64,000 nucleotides of DNA. Source: a virus. Lineage: Duplodnaviria > Caudoviricetes. Where the stretch lies: IMG/VR virus record IMGVR_UViG_2693430034_000001, positions 1 through 64,000 of that record, one strand, 5' to 3'. Below, in pieces: positions 47,974 through 57,749 of the stretch. The position numbers and the translations under genes are program-made. The notes under the pieces are model-generated. The model had not been told where the DNA came from. It made no database searches and saw only the letters and a program-made list of their open reading frames with translations. Position 1 is the first letter of the stretch, and each line of letters opens with the position of its first letter.

Positions 47974-48213
47974 TCAGTGGAATGAAGGGTAGATATGCTC
48001 GTTATCGAGGTCGCGGATGTCGACGGTGACCAGCCGGCCTTCAGGAGGCACCCGCACGACGACGTACACCGGATCATCTTCATGATGATCCAGTATCTCT
48101 TCACCCTTCTCGTCGAGGATGTTGGTGATCGGGCAAACGAACCCACCATCGAACGTCACGGTTTCGGTCTTGAGATCGATCACGAAACTGACGTCGTCAT
48201 CGTCACCGATCAT
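47974..48213 (-). CDS. Hypothetical acidic protein
   Basis: Overlaps thioredoxin stop. Confidence 0.6.
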   Translation of the reverse strand: MIGDDDDVSFVIDLKTETVTFDGGFVCPITNILDEKGEEILDHHEDDPVYVVVRVPPEGRLVTVDIRDLDNEHIYPSFH

Positions 48214-48538
48214 TTCGAAGGCTTGGGACGGACTGAACCATCCACTGGACGATTTCCGCTTTGGAAGCGGAGCCGTGCCGTTTGGCGATCATGATACCCT
48301 TGTCGATCGCGATGATCGCCGGGATTTGCGTAACTTGGTAGCGCTGGGCGATCAGGTTGCAGTGCTCCACGTTCGCGGTGAAGAACTGAACGCGGTTGCC
48401 GTATTCTTTCTCGATATCGAGGAGGATCGGAGTCATTGCCTTGCATGGCTGGCACCACTTGGCTTCGAACTTCATGACGATGGGCAGCTTGGCACTTTCC
48501 AGTTCGGAAACCAGGCTGGTGTCGGTGATGGCTTTCAT
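48203..48538 (-). CDS. Thioredoxin
   Basis: F.A.WCQPCK, IP. Confidence 0.92.
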   Translation of the reverse strand: MKAITDTSLVSELESAKLPIVMKFEAKWCQPCKAMTPILLDIEKEYGNRVQFFTANVEHCNLIAQRYQVTQIPAIIAIDKGIMIAKRHGSASKAEIVQWMVQSVPSLRNDR

Positions 48539-48951
48539 CGGGAGAAAATCTTCTTGATCGCCCCGACCCCGGCCACGCCGCAGATCGTCATGACGATGTT
48601 GTATTGCATGTCGGCGTAGAGGCCTGGCAGCTTGGAGACTTGCCAGCTACCTACCTCGTGACCGAGAAGCGGAATGCTATCGAAAACGACAGCTGCGATG
48701 TGAATGATGAAGATGGCGAACGCGGTGGGCACCATCCAGGCCGTGAACCAGTGCTCACGGTCGTCCTTGCGCATGTCGGCCGCCATTCGGGCGACCTCGA
48801 CCTTGTAACGCAACTCGGCGACATTCAACTGGACATCACCGCCAACCGCGGTCTTGAACTTTTCGAGATCGGCGTCGGACTTCTTGTTCAGGTAGTCGAG
48901 AAACGACGCCCCGAGCTTAGGCAGAAGCCCAAGCAGGATTGAAAACAGCAT
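48535..48951 (-). CDS. 3TM holin-like membrane protein
   Basis: Three hydrophobic segments, basic C-terminus. Confidence 0.55.
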   Translation of the reverse strand: MLFSILLGLLPKLGASFLDYLNKKSDADLEKFKTAVGGDVQLNVAELRYKVEVARMAADMRKDDREHWFTAWMVPTAFAIFIIHIAAVVFDSIPLLGHEVGSWQVSKLPGLYADMQYNIVMTICGVAGVGAIKKIFSR

Positions 48952-48976
48952 AACTTGTCCTTGAAGGTTTGACGTC

Positions 48977-49489
48977 CTAGAGCGACGAAGCCACTCGGAA
49001 CAGCTCATCTATCTGCGCTTCCGTCAGGGAAAGACCGAGACCGATAGCTAAGATGAGAGGATCGGTTCTGGTAAAAACCGAAGCGTAATCCCAGGTGATC
49101 TTTGTTGCGCCGCCAGCAGCCTCGACAGCAGCTTCGACCTGCCCAAGAAGTCCAGCGCCCAGGAGCGCGAGGCGAGCCTGACGTGGCGTGACATTCTGAG
49201 GCACTATCGATGGCGTGTCCTCGTATGCGACGGTGACAACAACCTTCGTGCCGTCGAACGCTGAAGTTCGAGATACCTCGGCGTGCCACGGTGATGGAGG
49301 ATCGTCAGACATCCAGCGCTCAACGAAGCGATAGTCACCGTAGGTGTCGCCAACGGTCGCGCAAAGAACCTGATCAAGGTTAGGAAGTACGAGGACTTCT
49401 GGAGGGCTACGAAGCTGCCCCTTAGTTTCACCGAAGGCGATAAGCTCGTTACCGCCTGCGTCCATGACAGAGTATCCAATCTGTTCCAT
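48977..49489 (-). CDS. Fibre assembly-like protein (paralogue of 28340-28891)
   Basis: VTPRQARLAL, WDYA....RTDP, LTEAQIDELF. Confidence 0.7.
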   Translation of the reverse strand: MEQIGYSVMDAGGNELIAFGETKGQLRSPPEVLVLPNLDQVLCATVGDTYGDYRFVERWMSDDPPSPWHAEVSRTSAFDGTKVVVTVAYEDTPSIVPQNVTPRQARLALLGAGLLGQVEAAVEAAGGATKITWDYASVFTRTDPLILAIGLGLSLTEAQIDELFRVASSL

Positions 49490-50142
49490 TACATTCCTAG
49501 CATTGGCATGTTGAAGGCCGGTACGGATATGTACGGCGTGTAGTTGAGGACGATGACGCCTTGGTAGGCGGGGCCTGGTGCGCCGCCGGCCTTGGCAACA
49601 CGGTCAGCGAAACCAGCGCCGCCGCCGCCACCGCCGCCACCTCCCCACGCTCCACCTGGAGAACCGGCACTTGGGTAGTTTGGAGATTGACCTGTCCCGG
49701 CTCCGCCGGCACCGCCATAAGGAGCTGCTCCAGAACCACCCGTACCGCCTGCGCCTCCATAGGGAGAGGAGATTCCTCCTCCTGCAACGCCATTGTTTCC
49801 GCTAACAGTTACGTCACCGACGCAAGATGCTGCGTTGCCTCCTAATTGGCCGTTGCCTCCAACAGCGAGACACGTACTGCCGTTGATAAACCAAGAGGTT
49901 CCTCCGCTGTTGAGGCCGATAGCGAATGAGACCGTCGATCCGGGAGTGACGGGTACGTTGTTTCTTCGAGCGTAAGCACCGCCACCACCACCGTACCCAC
50001 CATTTCCTGGAGAAGTAAGGCCGTCAGTACCAACACCAGCTGCGCCTTGCGCACCCGCTCCCATGCATTCGACGCTGTCGAATTTGACGCAATCCGCAGG
50101 GATAATAAGCTGCGACCCAGACGAAAGAACAATCTGCGTCAC
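49489..50142 (-). CDS. Glycine-rich fibre-associated protein
   Basis: EC.GAG, GGGGGAY, VTPG. Confidence 0.7.
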   Translation of the reverse strand: MTQIVLSSGSQLIIPADCVKFDSVECMGAGAQGAAGVGTDGLTSPGNGGYGGGGGAYARRNNVPVTPGSTVSFAIGLNSGGTSWFINGSTCLAVGGNGQLGGNAASCVGDVTVSGNNGVAGGGISSPYGGAGGTGGSGAAPYGGAGGAGTGQSPNYPSAGSPGGAWGGGGGGGGGAGFADRVAKAGGAPGPAYQGVIVLNYTPYISVPAFNMPMLGM

Positions 50143-52019
50143 TGGAGTGCCTTTATCGTGTAGGTCGAGATGCTGTTGATGCGCCTGATCGACATGATGA
50201 ACTTGCTGCCGTTCGTGGTCGTAATCGCGTCACCGGTCGTTCCGATGGAAAAGCCTGATACCGTGATGGCACCTGCACCGGCCGCGTTGACGATGAGAAG
50301 GTCGACAGCGCAGTCAGTTGCTGGTGCCGTCAGTGTGAAAGCGCCAGCGTTGCTGCCGAACTGGTAGTTGCCCAGAGCCGGATTGACCGTGAAGCTGGTG
50401 AACGTTCCGAGGTTGGCTGGCGTGAACTTGAAGCCGCCAGTGATCGTCTGGTTTCCGGCAAGAGCAACCGCATCGGTAATGCCGTAGCCGGACAGGTTGG
50501 TCGGCTTCGATCCGATCTGAGCGAACGTGTAGTCATTGGCCTGAGCTGTGACAGCTCCGCTACGACCAAAGACCGTATTGGCAATCGCGTCGGTAATGCC
50601 GTAGCCAGCAATCGTCGTTGGTTTGGCGCCGATTTGAGCGAACGTGTAGTCGCCAGCCTGAGCCGTGACCGCACCGTAGCGACCAAACACCGTCTGAACT
50701 TCGTTATCGGCGCCGTCGATCGCATCCCAGGTCGTGCCATCGAAGATGATCGTATCACCGACTTGCCAGGTGTTATGGCCGTCGATGTTCGTCGTGCCTG
50801 GAACTGAGACCTTGTAGTACCAGCCCTTGGTGCCAACGCCTGAAGCGAGCGGCGGCGTATTGGTGCTGGCGTCCCAGGTGCCGTGATAGACAACAGCCCC
50901 GACAAGAGAAGCAGGGATCTGAGAGGTCGACAGCTTTCCGCCGGCATCGAGGGTAGCAACGCCGTTGCTGGCGCCAAGGCTCGATGCACTCACCGCGTCG
51001 GTGATGCCATAGCCGCCCAGCGTGGTCGGCTTGGAACCGAGCTGAGAGAAGTTGTAGTCACCAGCCTGAGCGGTTACAGCCCCTGAGCGTCCGAAGACAG
51101 TGTTCGTCAGGGTGTCGGTGATGCCATATCCCGAGATGGTGGTTGGCTTGCTGCCAATCTGCGCGAAGGTGTAGTCGCCGGCCTGCGCCGTTACTGCGCC
51201 GGTCCGCCCAAATACCGTTGGAACGCCAGCCGTAGCGCTATATGCGCCCCAGGCAGAGCCACTGTAGATCTTCAGCGTATGGGAAGTCGTATTCCAATAC
51301 ATTCCGCCAGCTGTGATGGCGGCGCCGAGCGGATCAAGGGTCGGGTCAGAGGATTGCGCTCCGTACCAAGCGCCCTTGAAGCTATTCAGGCTACCCAATG
51401 CGCTCGATGCGCTTCCGGCCGCTGCGGTGGCGCTATTGCTAGCGTTGGTCTCGCTGGTTTTTGCGTCGCCGGCTTTGGCCGATGCCGTAGCAGCGCTGGT
51501 AGCTGCGTTGGCCTCGCTTGTATTGGCGCTGATTTTCGAAGCCGCGGCAGATGTCTTGCTTGCGAGACCTTCAGCGGCACTAGAAGCCGCGCTGGCAGCA
51601 CTGGTGTTCGCTACGTCTACCCGCGCTTCCACAGCGGCAAACGCATTTGCGAGATCATCCGTGATGCCTCCGGTGTCTCCCTTTACACCCTTTTCACCCC
51701 TGTCCCCCTTCAGGCCACGCGGTCCAGGAGGGCCTTCTTGACCTTCTGGTCCAACGATACTCGGGAACATTGCCCGGAGCTTGGTAAGCGTTACGGACAG
51801 GAACCGGTTGCCAACCTTGATGTCGACAAGAACTTCATCTTCGCTCGGTCCCGGCAGCTCGCCGACTGGCGCCTGATCGGAAGCAATCGCAATCTTGCTG
51901 TCCCGGACTAGATATTTTGCACCAGCGGTCGTCAGATTGACGATGGCGTTGATGTCGTAAAAGTCTTCGCCGACGAAGATGCCCTTCGGGGCGATAACGC
52001 GGTACCGCTGCGTGCTCAT
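50139..52019 (-). CDS. Second fibre protein with collagen-like segment and four ~37-aa repeats
   Basis: GXY triplets; TVFGRxGAVTAQAGDYxFxQxGxKPTxxxGYGITD x4. Confidence 0.85.
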   Translation of the reverse strand: MSTQRYRVIAPKGIFVGEDFYDINAIVNLTTAGAKYLVRDSKIAIASDQAPVGELPGPSEDEVLVDIKVGNRFLSVTLTKLRAMFPSIVGPEGQEGPPGPRGLKGDRGEKGVKGDTGGITDDLANAFAAVEARVDVANTSAASAASSAAEGLASKTSAAASKISANTSEANAATSAATASAKAGDAKTSETNASNSATAAAGSASSALGSLNSFKGAWYGAQSSDPTLDPLGAAITAGGMYWNTTSHTLKIYSGSAWGAYSATAGVPTVFGRTGAVTAQAGDYTFAQIGSKPTTISGYGITDTLTNTVFGRSGAVTAQAGDYNFSQLGSKPTTLGGYGITDAVSASSLGASNGVATLDAGGKLSTSQIPASLVGAVVYHGTWDASTNTPPLASGVGTKGWYYKVSVPGTTNIDGHNTWQVGDTIIFDGTTWDAIDGADNEVQTVFGRYGAVTAQAGDYTFAQIGAKPTTIAGYGITDAIANTVFGRSGAVTAQANDYTFAQIGSKPTNLSGYGITDAVALAGNQTITGGFKFTPANLGTFTSFTVNPALGNYQFGSNAGAFTLTAPATDCAVDLLIVNAAGAGAITVSGFSIGTTGDAITTTNGSKFIMSIRRINSISTYTIKALQ

Positions 52020-52039
52020 CGTTCTTCTTTTTTTGTTGT

Positions 52040-52113
52040 TGGCACCGGAGGAGAGACTTGAACTCTCTCACAACAGTTTTGGAGACCGGGCGCCTTCGCC
52101 GGAGGACTCCGAT
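52040..52113 (-). tRNA. tRNA-Trp(CCA), atypical D arm
   Basis: ATCGGAG/CTCCGGT acceptor stem, CTCCAAA loop, GAGAG-TTCAAGT-CTCTC T arm, encoded GCCA. Confidence 0.75.
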
Positions 52114-52129
52114 GCATGTTTTTTGAATG

Positions 52130-52605
52130 ACGTTCCCCAGCCCGATTTCTTCAAGCGACGGCGTAAGCCAGTCGTCGGGACGCGATGGGGGTATGCGTGC
52201 GCCTTTCGGCTTCTCGTCTACTGTTCTGAAGTATGCGGTATACTGGAACTCAGTATTCGCAATTCGCGAACAGCGAATTAGTCTCGCGGGGTGGTTTCAG
52301 CACCGCGATCCTTTCGACCTCGACGCGCCATCAGGCGTTACTCGTCTCAAACGGTCGTCAACGCCATACCATGGACCTCTGCGTCGATTGGCTGTGAACG
52401 ATATTGTTACCCCTCGTCCAGGGCCGCGAGATTAGGTGGGAGTGCCCCAATCCAGAAGTCGGGCACTCAGTTGCCTCAACCGCATCGCGTTGATGATGAT
52501 CAATCATTCCCCCTCGGGGGCCGCTTTGAGGAATTACGAGGGCTACGGGCCTACTGGCTTATCCCGTTAAAGCCGTCACCGTTACCGGTCCGGTGAACCA
52601 CCTAA
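52130..52605 (-). ncRNA. Candidate large structured RNA(s) upstream of the tRNA
   Basis: No minus-strand ORF of 60 aa or more; long-range stems TCTCGCGG/CCGCGAGA and TTAGGTGG/CCACCTAA enclosing many hairpins. Confidence 0.55.
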
Positions 52606-52739
52606 TTGCTACCTGATACGATCAGGTACAGGCCGAGGAGGATGAGCGGCGAAGACAGCACAGTGATGCGCTGAAGCAAGCTCGGCTCCCAGGCCTCCCA
52701 AGCCTTAATGTATTCGTATTCGCTGAACGGCTTGGCCAT
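52602..52739 (-). CDS. 45-aa membrane peptide
   Basis: GAGG-ATG; C-terminal TM; translated by hand. Confidence 0.5.
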   Translation of the reverse strand: MAKPFSEYEYIKAWEAWEPSLLQRITVLSSPLILLGLYLIVSGSN

Positions 52740-53043
52740 CCTCAGAGGACGAGCAGCACGGTTTTCAGCACCACCACCGCGAGGATCGCGTTGACGGTTG
52801 CGTTCTGATGGGTGGAAACCCAGGCGACGGCGTAGTTATAGACGGATTTGACCTGATCGATTTTGGACTCCGCGGTTCGAGAAAATGGTGCCCGAGTTTT
52901 GCAGCGAACTGATTTGTGCTCGGGCGCCAGCAACCGGGGAAAGGAGGAAAACCCCTCGCTGGCAGGCCGGGCCGCGGACAGACGGTCGGCGCTTTTTACG
53001 CCGCTCCCTGTCTCAACAGGCTCCGGGGATGACTGAGGTCTCG

Positions 53044-53142
53044 TTAACCCTTGGCCTTCCGACGACGGCGGCGCTTGCGCTCCAGCCGAAGCTCGGTCAG
53101 CTTCATGTTCTTCGAGACCTTCTTGATATGTTTCTTCTTCAT
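53044..53142 (-). CDS. 32-aa highly basic peptide
   Basis: MKKKHIKKVSKNMKLTELRLERKRRRRRKAKG; translated by hand. Confidence 0.5.
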   Translation of the reverse strand: MKKKHIKKVSKNMKLTELRLERKRRRRRKAKG

Positions 53143-53149
53143 GTCTCTC

Positions 53150-53413
53150 TCAGTCGACGTGTTCTTGCGGGATCTTCCAGTGCGGAGGCACCGTGGTCAC
53201 CGTGAGGCACAGGTGAGGCAGAAGCTTTCCCATGACCCAGTCGGCGTGCTCCTTGAAGACACCTTCGCTTGGGCGGATCAGCTTTGCGTGCTGGTAGAGG
53301 TTCGAGAGCTGCTGGCCGTAGACCACCGGCACCCACTCAGTGGGGTCCAGGCGCTGCCAGCGGATCATCGCCTCGGCCTGCGTCTTCGAGGACGCGACCA
53401 TTGCGCTAACCAT
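53150..53413 (-). CDS. Hypothetical protein
   Basis: Packed in minus-strand operon. Confidence 0.55.
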   Translation of the reverse strand: MVSAMVASSKTQAEAMIRWQRLDPTEWVPVVYGQQLSNLYQHAKLIRPSEGVFKEHADWVMGKLLPHLCLTVTTVPPHWKIPQEHVD

Positions 53414-53416
53414 GGT

Positions 53417-53770
53417 TCATTCTTTCTGAGCCACAGCCCGGTCGATCCAGGCGTAGACTTCAGGGTTGTCGCGGCGGGCTGCGATCTGAACCGGTGTCAG
53501 TCTGTTGACGACGGTCTCTTCGCTTGCGCGGCCTTTCAGCTTCGCGGCAGCCCAGCAGGCGTGGTTGATTTCATGTTCGAGGATCTCGGCGAAGTGCGAG
53601 TCCGGCATGTCGGTCCGGATCCGGATCTCGAAAGTGAAGATGTTGCATTCGCCCCGGCAGCCGGCAGCTTCCGCTTCCACTGGATCCCAGTGGATGAGCG
53701 TGTACTCGCAGATACCGATCTTGATGATACCTGGCAGCGTGCGTCGGTCAGGCAGCCTTCGCCGCCTCAC
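53417..53770 (-). CDS. Zincin-like metallopeptidase-motif protein
   Basis: G.C, LEHEINHA, EE..V. Confidence 0.7.
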   Translation of the reverse strand: MRRRRLPDRRTLPGIIKIGICEYTLIHWDPVEAEAAGCRGECNIFTFEIRIRTDMPDSHFAEILEHEINHACWAAAKLKGRASEETVVNRLTPVQIAARRDNPEVYAWIDRAVAQKE

Positions 53771-54249
53771 GATATGTCTCCGGGACCGCAGGAGCGGATG
53801 CCGATGGCACCAAGCTGGCGTGGAGAGACGTAGACGATTTCCCGATGGGCGATCGAGCTGTCGTCACCGTTCCAGCCGATGCGTTTGATCAGCTTTCGAA
53901 CCTTGCCTGGATAGATATTCCACATCAGCGCCGAGAACTCCTCGGCGTGGGAATAGGTGAAGCTACCGTCAGGCATCTTCTGCTTGACTGATGCCGTGTG
54001 AAATCCGAGCCTGGCGTTCGGCGTGATGCAATAGTTCTGCCTCGGTACGATGCCGAGGAACAACGTGCAGGAAGAGACGCATTCTCCGTCGACCACGACA
54101 GTCTCGCCGCGGTCCCGGATGTCTGAATACTTCTTCACGAAGTCGACGATGATCCCGCCGGGATCGTCCTCGATGATCAGTGCGTGGGATGGCGCCACGG
54201 CAGCAATCATCATCAGGCCCGCAAGGGCCAATGATTTCAGAGCCTTCAT
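53767..54249 (-). CDS. Secreted ClpP/crotonase-like protein
   Basis: Signal peptide, DPGG, VDGECVSSCT, LGFH. Confidence 0.75.
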   Translation of the reverse strand: MKALKSLALAGLMMIAAVAPSHALIIEDDPGGIIVDFVKKYSDIRDRGETVVVDGECVSSCTLFLGIVPRQNYCITPNARLGFHTASVKQKMPDGSFTYSHAEEFSALMWNIYPGKVRKLIKRIGWNGDDSSIAHREIVYVSPRQLGAIGIRSCGPGDIS

Positions 54250-54283
54250 TTTCGTGCTCGGTATTTTTGGGAGCCGCTGGCTC

Positions 54284-55058
54284 TCAGCTGAACAGGTGCG
54301 CCATCAGACAGGTGAGAATGACAAACAGCAGCGGCGCCAGGATGATTAGTCGATCAAACGTCTTCAGTCCTCGCATAGCGCACCTCGAACGGGTTCAATT
54401 CAAAAGCCCGGTCGATGGACGCCTGCCATATCGCGTAGCTGAACATCAGGAAGCAAAACGGAAACGGCATCAGCCTTCATCCGGTTCGAGAAGGAGGTCG
54501 AGGCGCGAGGAGATTTCCTCTGTCGCGCTTTCGAGAGCATCGGCCAGGATATTGGCGGCGAACATCAGGCCGATCGCAACGATGATGCCTGCAACGATGA
54601 CAGACATCACATGATCCCCAGCCAGATCAGCCATCCGTGGATGACGCCGATCGGGAAGATGATGGCTCCGATCAGGAGCAGCGCGATGGCGCCGGCCTTG
54701 AGGCAGCTGACGACGTGGGTGACCCAGGCGCACAGGGCGAGGAGCCAGCACAGAATGGGAAGCAGAGCGAGTGAACGCATGAATTTCCTCAGATGACTTT
54801 GAAGTGGCCGCCAGTTTCAACCCGGTGGCGCCAGTGTTCGGTGATTTGTCTTTCGAAGCGCGCAGTCTCTTCGAAGTCCATCCGCCAGTGCGGGCGGATG
54901 ACCACGATGCGATCGAAGAGGCGACCGTGCAGCGAGTCTTCGTGGCGGTAGATGGCCCACATTTCCCGGGAGAGCCCAAAGGCGTCCAGGTAGATTTCAG
55001 CGATATCCTTCGTGGCCGCGATCACCGCGCACCACGGCTTTGCCATCTGCAATCTCAT
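54284..55058 (-). other. Run of very small, mostly membrane ORFs (54284-54376, ~54470-54607, ~54607-54780, 54789-55058)
   Basis: Tightly packed short hydrophobic ORFs. Confidence 0.5.
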
Positions 55059-55303
55059 TGCTCGCCCTCGTAGGGATCGCGGAAGATCCCCTTCTCCATC
55101 GCGACGATGCGAATGGCGTTCTGGAGGCCAGCGGTCCGTTTGGTTTTGATGGCCTCGACCGGCGTGATGCCGCCGAGGTATTCGTTGCCGCGCATCATGA
55201 AGAACTGCGCCTCTGCCGGCCCGACCAGCTTGTCGAGCACCTGGATGGACCGGTGCAGCACCGATGCGAGCCGACTGGTTGAGATTGGATCAGGCTTCGT
55301 CAT
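55055..55303 (-). CDS. MbcA/ParS/Xre antitoxin C-terminal-like protein
   Basis: A..F....N..LGG.TP.E.I. Confidence 0.6.
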   Translation of the reverse strand: MTKPDPISTSRLASVLHRSIQVLDKLVGPAEAQFFMMRGNEYLGGITPVEAIKTKRTAGLQNAIRIVAMEKGIFRDPYEGEQ

Positions 55304-55721
55304 TACGGAGCACCGTGATGTTACCGCCCGATCCCGGGTCGAACCGCATAGCGACTTCGACAGCCGCCTCAGCCGAGGCGCCCTGCGCCATTGCGCCGAG
55401 AGCGAACTCCTTGCCGCTGCCCATCGCGAAGAATGGCGGCTTGAAGACGATCGTGCCGCCCTGCTCGAACATCTCGATCGGCTTGCGACGGCGCCGGATG
55501 ATGACGCCCTTGCTGTTCTCTTCGAGCATCGGAAATTCGCCGTCCTCTCCGTCGAGGAACCAGCGATGAAAGGCCTGCGCCCATCCGGCATCGCCGGCAG
55601 CGCCAGCGAGTGCTCCATCGTCGCGGCGCACGATCTTGACCATGCTGCCAATGATGGCGGTGCCCTGGATCATGCGGGTGTCGGCGGCCATGATGCCGTG
55701 TCGATAGGCGACCGTGGTCAT
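55290..55721 (-). CDS. Ntn-hydrolase, proteasome/HslV-like peptidase
   Basis: MTT N-terminus, AAD, AMGSG..FALGAM, D..SGG. Confidence 0.82.
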   Translation of the reverse strand: MTTVAYRHGIMAADTRMIQGTAIIGSMVKIVRRDDGALAGAAGDAGWAQAFHRWFLDGEDGEFPMLEENSKGVIIRRRRKPIEMFEQGGTIVFKPPFFAMGSGKEFALGAMAQGASAEAAVEVAMRFDPGSGGNITVLRNDEA

Positions 55722-55790
55722 GCCGGCTCCTCGACGAGGAGGAGCATGAAGGCGATGCAGATCGCGATTGCGATGATGATCTGGGTGACC

Positions 55791-57621
55791 TCAGGCGGCA
55801 TCGCGCTGGCTCTCCGTGAGCAGGTAGCTGACCTCGGTTTCGAGACTATCGAGATAGAAGTCGACGAGGCGTCGGGTCAGCGACCGGTCCTTGAGGCGCG
55901 TCTGCGCCCGGATGATGTTTCCCCGTCTCCAGCTTGCGCTGTAGATGCGGGATGCGGCGTTTGCCGCGGCGTAGATTTTCTCCACCGGGTCACGCGCCGA
56001 CCGAGACTGCGCCGAGGATGGCCTCGACGACCTTTTCCATGGCGAACCGAAGCACCAGGTCGTCAGCCTGTTTGGCCTGGACGTCGTGGTAGCAAACGGT
56101 CTCGGCATCGTCCGAGATGGCCGCGCCGGCCGGCGACAGGTCGATCTCACTGAGCTGCGGAAACCGCATCAGGCGAATGACGCCCGGGTACATCGGGATA
56201 CGCCGCCAGCAAGCTACCTCGTCCTCAAGCGCATTCATCGCGAGGTCGGTCAGTTCGGCAGGTATGTGTGCTTGCGGCATCGTGATGTTCCGTCAGTTAG
56301 CGCTTCGGCTTCCGCGTGGACTTGCGAGCTGGCTTTGCTTCCTTGACCGGCTCGTCTTTCGGAGCGGCCTGTTGAAAACCCGGCGAGTGCGCGTACAGCA
56401 TGAGCTGCTCCTGATTGGTGACCCGGGCTGCCGTTGGCAGGCACCGGGCTCTGTGAAACTTGTGAGAGGAGAGCCGGCTGACTTCTCGATGGAGAGCCAG
56501 CCGACTTCGATCCTTAGCGGAAGGCCAGGAAGGCCGTCACGGCGATCAGGGCGAGAGCGATGCCGATCACGTAGTACTTGGTGTTGCTGAGGTTGTCGGA
56601 GCCGCCTTCAGCGGGCTCGCGGGTGACGATTTCGATGGGAGTGCGATCAACCATTTATTTTTCCTTGGGTTGGTTGCGGGCGGGGTGAACGGTGGACCCG
56701 CTCTGCATCGAAGCAGATAGCGGGTCTTTGAAATTCGGTATGCCGAAGAGGTCGCGCTCGATCATCTTGGTCATCCTGTCGGACAGCCAGCGAGCAACCT
56801 TCTCGGTCTCCTCCTCGCTCAAGCGCGTGGCAGGCTCGGCGAGCTGAACGGTTTGCGTGTAGGTCGTGATCGGGACAGTCTGGACCTCGATGTGAACCTG
56901 CGTGAACCCTTGCGGAATTACGAACGTCGGCCCGGTCATTTGACCTCGATGCAGAACATGCCGTTGATCTGGGCGCGGACCTGGTTGGTCTGCACGGTGG
57001 CCCAGACGTTCATGGCGATGGCGACCACGAGCACGGCGGCAAGCGCCAGGTTGGCTTTGGTCTCACCACTCATCGAACGGCGCCGAGGATCAGCCCGATG
57101 ACGAGGCCGAGGACGATGCCGAGAACGGCGTCACGCAGATACAGCTTCATTTGAACCACCAGCAGATGACGGCCACGAGGATCAGGGCAAGAATGTCGAA
57201 GGCGAGTATGGGCATCATCGGATCGCCCAGGCCACGAACGCCGGGAGCCAGATGCCGAGCAGCACGATGAAGACCAACACGATGTTCGCACCCGTCCCTG
57301 GTCCGTCCGCGTCCGCGGCGTGTCGGTTTGACTCTGGCGCGGAGCGCCCCGCGCGCTCAGCGCGGATCAGCTCTTCGGCACGGTCCAAAATTGCCTCACG
57401 GCGGTCAGCCGGAAGCGCGTTGAAGCGGTCGATCGCGTTCATGGGCGGTACCGACCGATCAGGCTGAGCACGATCATCGCGACCAGGACGCACAGGATGG
57501 CGCCGCCGCTCAGCACAAGAAGCTGGATGATCGATCTGGAAATGATCACCAGGAACTCGATGTCCGCCGTCGCCAGGTATTGTGCAGGAGCAGCTGACAT
57601 CGAGTTCCCTACCGTTTGCAT
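55791..57621 (-). other. Cluster of small hypothetical and membrane ORFs (e.g. 55990-56280, 56655-56939, 57215-57442, 57439-57600)
   Basis: Overlapping stop/start codons; individual boundaries uncertain. Confidence 0.5.
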
Positions 57622-57630
57622 TCATGCAAT

Positions 57631-57749
57631 CCCTTAGACACGCCGAACTCCTGTCGCCTTGCCAGCCGGCCTTGAGCCGGGTCAGCATGGGGTTTGTGGG
57701 TCCGGGAACCGCCCAATTGCCCGGTTGATGGCCGGGCCGTGTCTTAGGG
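57631..57749 (-). ncRNA. Structured leader/cloverleaf-like RNA downstream of promoter
   Basis: CCCTAAGACACG/CGTGTCTAAGGG closing stem (one mismatch) with internal hairpins. Confidence 0.5.

Noticed and set aside
50470-51230. Repeats in the fibre gene as a possible diversity-generating retroelement or CRISPR array
   Set aside because: They are in-frame protein repeats with synonymous divergence; no reverse transcriptase, adenine-specific variation or cas genes in the window
52040-52113. tRNA as prophage att site
   Set aside because: Phage genes continue on both sides, no duplicate 3' end was seen and no integrase is adjacent
55055-55721. Classical toxin-antitoxin pair
   Set aside because: The neighbour of the MbcA-like gene is an Ntn peptidase, not a RES toxin
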